A DNA stretch of 63,002 nt, counting the filler, from Actinomycetota bacterium (GTDB lineage Bacteria; Actinomycetota; Acidimicrobiia; IMCC26256; VFJJ01): the NCBI GenBank assembly GCA_009886115.1. It is 4 parts of 4 records of this genome, joined end to end, with 100 filler letters (N's around TTAATTAATTAA, not from the genome) between each part and the next. Parts side by side here need not be neighbours in the genome. Positions count along the whole stretch, not along the records: positions 50,645 to 63,002 come from VFJJ01000122.1; 3 more parts are not named here. One strand, written 5' to 3'. Shown piece by piece: positions 57,808 to 63,002 of this stretch. How positions within the stretch are numbered: the first letter of the stretch is position 1; the number at the start of each line of letters is the position of its first letter. The translations under genes and the position numbers were made by a program. A model generated the notes under the pieces. The model did not search any database. It was given only the letters and a program-made list of their open reading frames with translations, and was not told where the DNA came from.

Positions 57808-58902
57808 ATGCGCGCTGCGGTTCTCGATGCTCCGGCCACATCCCTGGTGATCGACGACATCACGATCGCCGACCCTGGTCCGGGCCAGGTGCTCGTGCGG
57901 GTTCACCATTGCGGGATCTGCCACTCCGACCTCACGGTCATCGACTCGCCGTCGACCACGGCGGTCCCGGTCGTGCTCGGCCACGAAGCCACCGGTGTCG
58001 TGGAGGCCGTCGGCGCCGGCGTGACCCGGGTGGCGCCGGGGGATCCCGTCGTCATCAGCCCCATGCCCGCGTGCGGCCAGTGCTACTACTGCACCCGCAA
58101 CCAGCCCACGCTGTGTGCAGCGGCCATCACGTTCTCGGGGCTCTTCCCCGACGGCACGTCGCCGCTCTCGCGTGGTGCGGCACTGGTCTATCGAGGCCTC
58201 GGCGTCGGCGGTTTCGCCGAGCACGCGTTGATCGACCAGAACGCCGCGGTACGCATCCCGCCCGACGTGCCGCTCGATGTGGCCAGCGTGATCGGCTGCG
58301 CGCTCCAGACCGGCGTGGGCGCCGTGCTCAACACGGCCCGGGTCGAGGCTGGCGCAACGGTCCTCGTGATGGGCCTGGGAGGCATCGGTATCTCGATCGT
58401 GCAGGGGGCCCGGGTGGCCGGGGCTTCACGGATCATCGTGTCCGACCCGGTGTCGAGCCGCCGCGACGCCGCTTCCGATTTCGGCGCCACCGACGTCCTC
58501 GACCCGACCGCCGACGACGTGGTCGCCCGCTCCTACGAGCTCACGGGCGGGATCGGCGTCGACTACGCGTTCGACGCCGCGGGCAGCGTCGCGCTCGTCA
58601 AGCAGGGCCTGTTCGCCACCCGCAACGGCGGCACCACGGTCATGGTGGGCGCGCCATCGGCCAGCGAGTCGTTGAGCATCGAGCCGGCCGTGTTCCTGCT
58701 CGCCACCGAGAAGCGTCTCATCGGCTGCCTCTTCGGCTCCTGCCACAGCCAGCGCGACGTTCCCAAGATCATCGGCCTCTGGCGCCAGGGCCGGATCGAT
58801 CTCGAACGCATGATCACCGCCCGGCGCCCCCTGAGCGACATCAACCTCGGCCTCGACGACCTCCGCGCCAGCCGCGGCCTCCGCACCGTCCTCAGCTGCT
58901 GA
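57808..58902 (+). CDS. Zn-dependent alcohol dehydrogenase
   Basis: GICHSD, GHE, CGQCYYC...C, GLGGIG. Confidence 0.95.
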   Translation: MRAAVLDAPATSLVIDDITIADPGPGQVLVRVHHCGICHSDLTVIDSPSTTAVPVVLGHEATGVVEAVGAGVTRVAPGDPVVISPMPACGQCYYCTRNQPTLCAAAITFSGLFPDGTSPLSRGAALVYRGLGVGGFAEHALIDQNAAVRIPPDVPLDVASVIGCALQTGVGAVLNTARVEAGATVLVMGLGGIGISIVQGARVAGASRIIVSDPVSSRRDAASDFGATDVLDPTADDVVARSYELTGGIGVDYAFDAAGSVALVKQGLFATRNGGTTVMVGAPSASESLSIEPAVFLLATEKRLIGCLFGSCHSQRDVPKIIGLWRQGRIDLERMITARRPLSDINLGLDDLRASRGLRTVLSC

Positions 58903-58923
58903 CGGGGCGCACGCCCGGAGGCG

Positions 58924-59769
58924 TCAGCTCGGCCCGGCCTTGCCGAGATGGAGCGCGGCGAACGTCGGGAAGTGGCTGAGGAGGCCCCCGTCGACGCTCA
59001 CGATCTGACCGGTCACGAAACGGGCGTCGTCGGACGCCAGGAACGCCACCACCGCGGCGACGTCCTCGGGCGAGCCCAAGGTGGGGGTCAGGTGATGGTC
59101 TTCGTAGATCCCGAGCAGCACGGGGTCGAAGTGCTCCCGGGCGTTCGGCGTCACCACCACGCCCGGGGCAACGGCGTTGCAGCGCACACCCCGCTTGCCG
59201 TACATGGTCGCCACGTACCTGGTGAACGAGTTCAAGCCGCCCTTCGACGATCCGTACGCCGCGTACACGCCGTCGCCCGTCAACCCGGCGGTGGACGAGG
59301 TGTTGACGATCGAGCCCCGTCCCACCGCCAGCATGTGGGGAAGGGCGTGCTTCACCCCGAGCATCGGGCCCCGCAGATTCACCGCCATCATGTGGTCCCA
59401 GAGCTCGACGTCCATCGCTTGGATGTCGCCGTCTCGCCCGACGACGGCGGCGTCGGTCACGCCGGCGTTGTTGTGCAGGACGTCGAGCCGTCCCCAGGTG
59501 TCGACGGCCGCCTCGATCATGGCGACGACGTCGGCCTCACGTGACACGTCGGCCCCGACCGCTATCGCCTCGCCCCGCGGTCGATCGCTCGCCCTGCCAA
59601 CGGCACCGCCGCCGGCTGTGATCTCGTCGGCCACGGCTGTGGCACCGAGCGCGTTGATGTCGGCCACGACGACCCGTGCCCCGTCAGCAGCCAACCGCAG
59701 GCACGTCGCCCGACCGATGCCCGACGCCCCGCCCGTCACCACCGCCACCCGCCCGTCCAATGCTCCCAT
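58924..59769 (-). CDS. SDR-family oxidoreductase
   Basis: TGGASGIG, NNAG, YGSSK, VRCNAVAPG. Confidence 0.93.
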   Translation of the reverse strand: MGALDGRVAVVTGGASGIGRATCLRLAADGARVVVADINALGATAVADEITAGGGAVGRASDRPRGEAIAVGADVSREADVVAMIEAAVDTWGRLDVLHNNAGVTDAAVVGRDGDIQAMDVELWDHMMAVNLRGPMLGVKHALPHMLAVGRGSIVNTSSTAGLTGDGVYAAYGSSKGGLNSFTRYVATMYGKRGVRCNAVAPGVVVTPNAREHFDPVLLGIYEDHHLTPTLGSPEDVAAVVAFLASDDARFVTGQIVSVDGGLLSHFPTFAALHLGKAGPS

Positions 59770-59840
59770 GGTCGGCAACGTACCGCGCTGCTCGACGCGG
59801 CGCCGCGAGATCGCCAGGCTCGGACCCCACAGCGAGCCGG

Positions 59841-60752
59841 TCAGTGCACCGCGAGGTCGGGATAACGGTGTCGGGCCAGGGCGACGAGGCCGTCGCGCCA
59901 CCCCACCGAGCAGCCGCCGATGAGGGCCTGGCGTCGGGTGTTGTCGAGCGCTCGCCCCGGGATACCGGCGGCGGTGTAGTCGATCGTGACCTTCCTGCCC
60001 ACGAGCGCCGCCAGGTGCTCGAGGTACTCCTCGGAGCTGACCGCGTCGTCGCCGCCCCAGTTGACGATCGTCGCGGGGACGGTCGCCGCGTCGAGCAGCT
60101 TCGGGACCTGCGCGTTGATGTCGGCCTGCTCGATGGGGTTGAACCAGGCCCCGCCTGTCATCACCGGCACCGGCATGTCGTTGACGATCATGTCGAGCTG
60201 GTATGCAGGCAGACCGCCGGTGGTGCTGTACGACACGTTCATGCGGGCGATGGTGGTCGGCAGGCCCAGCGCACGGGCGAGTCCGCGGGCCACTCCCTCC
60301 TGAGCCACTTTGGTGATGCCGTACGCCGGCGAGTACGGCGCCCGGTTGTCGCCGAGTGGATCGGTCTCGACGAAACGGTGCGCCCCGTCGGCGACGTTGG
60401 CGTACACCACCGATGACGACACGATCAGGCACGACTCGGCGTTGGCGAACCTGCTCATGAGCAGCGCGGTGCCTTCGGCGTTCACCCGCATCGCCTGTTC
60501 GTAGTCGGGCTCTGCAGTCTGGAAGATCGCCAGGTGCAGCACGTGGTCGAAGCGGTCGGGGAGCCCGGTCCAGTCAGGCTCGGCCAGGTCGACCTGCGCG
60601 GTCGCGCAGCCGAGGTCGTCGACCCGTTGGCGCGTCGCAGGATCGCCGAAGCGGGCGATACCCCACACCTCGTTGTCGCGGGCCAGCTCGGCCACGAGAG
60701 GGAAGGCGATCTGACCCGCCGGTCCGGTGACGAGGATCCTCTTGTCCCGCAT
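59841..60752 (-). CDS. NAD-dependent epimerase/dehydratase family protein
   Basis: ILVTGPAGQIA, SSSVVY, YGITK. Confidence 0.88.
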   Translation of the reverse strand: MRDKRILVTGPAGQIAFPLVAELARDNEVWGIARFGDPATRQRVDDLGCATAQVDLAEPDWTGLPDRFDHVLHLAIFQTAEPDYEQAMRVNAEGTALLMSRFANAESCLIVSSSVVYANVADGAHRFVETDPLGDNRAPYSPAYGITKVAQEGVARGLARALGLPTTIARMNVSYSTTGGLPAYQLDMIVNDMPVPVMTGGAWFNPIEQADINAQVPKLLDAATVPATIVNWGGDDAVSSEEYLEHLAALVGRKVTIDYTAAGIPGRALDNTRRQALIGGCSVGWRDGLVALARHRYPDLAVH

Positions 60753-60882
60753 GGTCGTGCTCCCGTGTCGTCGTGGTGGTTAGGGTCGCAATCCGCGGCG
60801 TTGCCCAGACTCCTGCGTCATCATCGCAGGGGCGGTCACCAGCGTCACGCCAGGTAGGCAACGACGACGGGAGTCGGCAGGC

Positions 60883-61692
60883 ATGGATCTTCAGCTTCAG
60901 GGAAAGCGTGCGCTGGTCACGGGGAGCAGCTCGGGAATCGGCGCGGGTATCGCCAAGATGCTGGCCGACGAAGGCGTATCGGTCGTCGTGCACGGGCGCA
61001 ACGAAGAACGTCTGGCCCGGGTGGCTGCCGAGATCGCCGAGCGGGGAGCGACGGTCGCCTCGGCCATCGGCGACCTGGCCACCGACGAAGGGGCAGAGGC
61101 CGTGGCAACGGTCGCCCTGGAAGCCTTCGGCGGTATCGACATCCTCGTCAACAACGCCGGGGGCGCGTCGGAGGAGGAGAAGAAGTCCTGGTTCGATGTC
61201 GACGTGAGTGAATGGGTGGCGACGTACCAGAAGAACGTCATCGCGGCAGGCCGGCTCATCCACCGCCTCGCGCCGCCGATGCGAGAACGGGGTTGGGGCC
61301 GCATCATCCAAATCGGCAGTGCCGCCGGCACCATCCCCACCTCGGCCCAGCCCGACTACGGGCCGTCCAAGGCGGCCATGATCAACATGTCGTTGGGGCT
61401 CTCCAAGGCGTTGTCGTCAACGGGTGTCACGGTGAACACCGTGACACCAGGGATGATCATGACCGCCGGCCTCATGGACTTCCTGCTCGTGTTCGCGGCC
61501 AAGCGGGGCTGGGGCGACGACACCGCCCGAGCGGCGGAGTACATCCTGAAAGGCACCGGGCAGACCGTGAACCGGATCGGCCAGGTCGAAGACATCGCCT
61601 TCGCCGTCGCCTATCTCGCCAGCCCCCGCGCCAGTTTCGTCAATGGCGTCAACATGCACCTCGACGGCGGCGGCACGTCGAACATCTACTGA
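60883..61692 (+). CDS. SDR-family oxidoreductase
   Basis: TGSSSGIG, NNAG, YGPSK, VTVNTVTPG. Confidence 0.93.
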   Translation: MDLQLQGKRALVTGSSSGIGAGIAKMLADEGVSVVVHGRNEERLARVAAEIAERGATVASAIGDLATDEGAEAVATVALEAFGGIDILVNNAGGASEEEKKSWFDVDVSEWVATYQKNVIAAGRLIHRLAPPMRERGWGRIIQIGSAAGTIPTSAQPDYGPSKAAMINMSLGLSKALSSTGVTVNTVTPGMIMTAGLMDFLLVFAAKRGWGDDTARAAEYILKGTGQTVNRIGQVEDIAFAVAYLASPRASFVNGVNMHLDGGGTSNIY

Positions 61693-61763
61693 CCGACCGG
61701 CGCCTCGGGCGGAACGGGCGGCATCGCGTGCTTATCGGGGGGTGGCCGCTGACCTGCTCGCGG

Positions 61764-62456
61764 TCAACCCAGGCCGCGGGAGTCCTGCTTCAGCGCAGTG
61801 TCGATCGACAGCGCCGAGGCCACCACGAGGGTCCGGAGAGGATCGACGAGCGGTTCATGGAACTGCACGACGTAGTTGTCGGCAGTCGTGAAAAGCGTCT
61901 TGGCCACACCCTCGAAGGTCTTGGTGACCCGGGCGACCTCGCGGCCTTCGTGGTTCTGCACCGAGAAGTTCCAGGCTCGCCAGTTCTCGGCATGGATCGA
62001 TCCGTAGCTGTGGCCCCCCGACTCCAAGCCGAAATGGATCTTGCCGATCACGTTCTGTTGCACGATCCGACCGATCTCGGCTCCGTTGGCGTCGGTGACC
62101 ACCACCGTCGACTTGAACACCTTGGCCGGACGGGTCAGCTGCACGAGCACGTTCCCGCCCATGTCGCAGACCTGCAGGGTGTGGGTCAGGAACTGGTCGA
62201 GCGACGAGACGACGCGGAGGATCTTCTTGGCCGTGCTCTGGCCGACCTGGGTGACGTAGCCGAGCTGGATGCCGTTGCGGTCGAAGACCGCGTACTGGTT
62301 CGTGATCTCGATGAGCTTGGCCTTCTGGTTCACGACCAGGATCGGCTCGGTGAAGATCGTGCCGCCCCCGCTCGCCGTCGCGTGAGGATCGATCCCCGCG
62401 CCTCGCGAGCCGCCGCCGCTGACTTGGTGCTGGATCTTCTCGGCCGTGCCCCCCAC
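61764..62456 (-). CDS. Phospholipid scramblase / LURP-one family protein (N-terminus possibly lost)
   Basis: FTEPILVVNQKAKLIE, LTRPAKVFKS, AENWRAWNF, FTTADNYVV, SIDTALKQD. Confidence 0.8.
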   Translation of the reverse strand: MGGTAEKIQHQVSGGGSRGAGIDPHATASGGGTIFTEPILVVNQKAKLIEITNQYAVFDRNGIQLGYVTQVGQSTAKKILRVVSSLDQFLTHTLQVCDMGGNVLVQLTRPAKVFKSTVVVTDANGAEIGRIVQQNVIGKIHFGLESGGHSYGSIHAENWRAWNFSVQNHEGREVARVTKTFEGVAKTLFTTADNYVVQFHEPLVDPLRTLVVASALSIDTALKQDSRGLG

Positions 62457-62567
62457 CGTGACGGGGGCCTGCGCCGGGACCGGAGCGATCGGGGCGTCGG
62501 AACCGGTCGTGCTATCGACCGTATGTGATCGATTGCACGACCAGTTCCCTGAACTGCAGTTCTTCAG

Positions 62568-62640
<73 letters not shown>

Positions 62641-62783
62641 GAGCCCACGTGTCGCCGTCGTGGGGAGGGCGAGTGTACCGAAGCGGGTCGCGCTGGGCCA
62701 TGCGAGATCGGGGTGACCGGGGGGCCCGGCGATGAGAGCGGGGGCAGCAGAAGGGCTCCGCCGTGGCGGAGCCCCGCTGAGAG

Positions 62784-62858
62784 GGTGGATGAGGGGACTT
62801 GAACCCCCGACTTCCAGGACCACAACCTGGCGCTCTAACCGCCTGAGCTACACCCACC
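62784..62858 (-). tRNA. tRNA-His (GTG) with encoded G-1
   Basis: G-GTGGGTG/CATCCAC-C acceptor stem, CCAGG-TTGTGGT-CCTGG, GTTCAAGTC. Confidence 0.97.
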
Positions 62859-62907
62859 AAGGTGTGGTTGGATGCTACCGCTCGCCTCGGTGGGCGACGA
62901 ACCCGTT

Positions 62908-63002
62908 TCACGAACCCCCGCTGAAGCCTCCGCTGAAGTCGCTCGAACCCGAATCGGAGCCCGAGTTCGAGCCTGAGTCCGAGTTCGAGCCTGAGTTCGA
63001 GC
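62908..63002 (-). CDS. Ser/Gly/Asn-rich C-terminal tail of a gene entering from outside the window
   Basis: Open frame SNSGSNSDSGSNSGSDSGSSDFSGGFSGGS* built from hexamer repeats. Confidence 0.45.
   Translation of the reverse strand, partial: SNSGSNSDSGSNSGSDSGSSDFSGGFSGGS

Noticed and set aside
62908..63002. Naming the terminal partial gene orn
   Set aside because: Only synteny with tRNA-His suggests it; the visible sequence is low-complexity and carries no diagnostic motif

Overview
High-GC actinobacterial DNA, probably Acidimicrobiia (inferred from gene content). It consists of four unlinked contigs joined by artificial N-TTAATTAATTAA-N spacers at 10800-10899, 40270-40369 and 50545-50644, so neighbourhoods across these gaps are not real. 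Contig 1 holds catabolic and redox genes, a decayed ArsR/SRPBCC locus, and a DsbA/Rv2466c-like thiol oxidoreductase whose catalytic CxxC is encoded as TGA-P-W-C with a SECIS-like hairpin. This is a probable selenoprotein missed by the ORF track, and it overlaps coaA. Contig 2 is the replication-origin region (murJ, sigM, trxBA, cwlM-like, parBA, rsmG, jag, yidC, yidD, rnpA, rpmH, dnaA, oriC, dnaN, recF, dciA, gyrBA, tRNA-Ile), with two parS sites bracketing an unexplained 2.4-kb gene-poor stretch. Contig 3 is a type IVa pilus cluster: MshEN-bearing PilB, PilC, a giant five-repeat modular minor pilin, a major pilin, and a convergent pilT fragment. An IS5-family element sits in the loop of the pilA/pilT terminator, and a triplicated His-motif membrane protein lies upstream. 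Contig 4 has an AAA_14-DUF4143 gene preceded by four 23-bp-periodic repeats, an RqlH-like RecQ-PRTase helicase, oxidoreductases, a scramblase, tRNA-Lys and tRNA-His. All family assignments come from motif recognition by eye; no searches were run.
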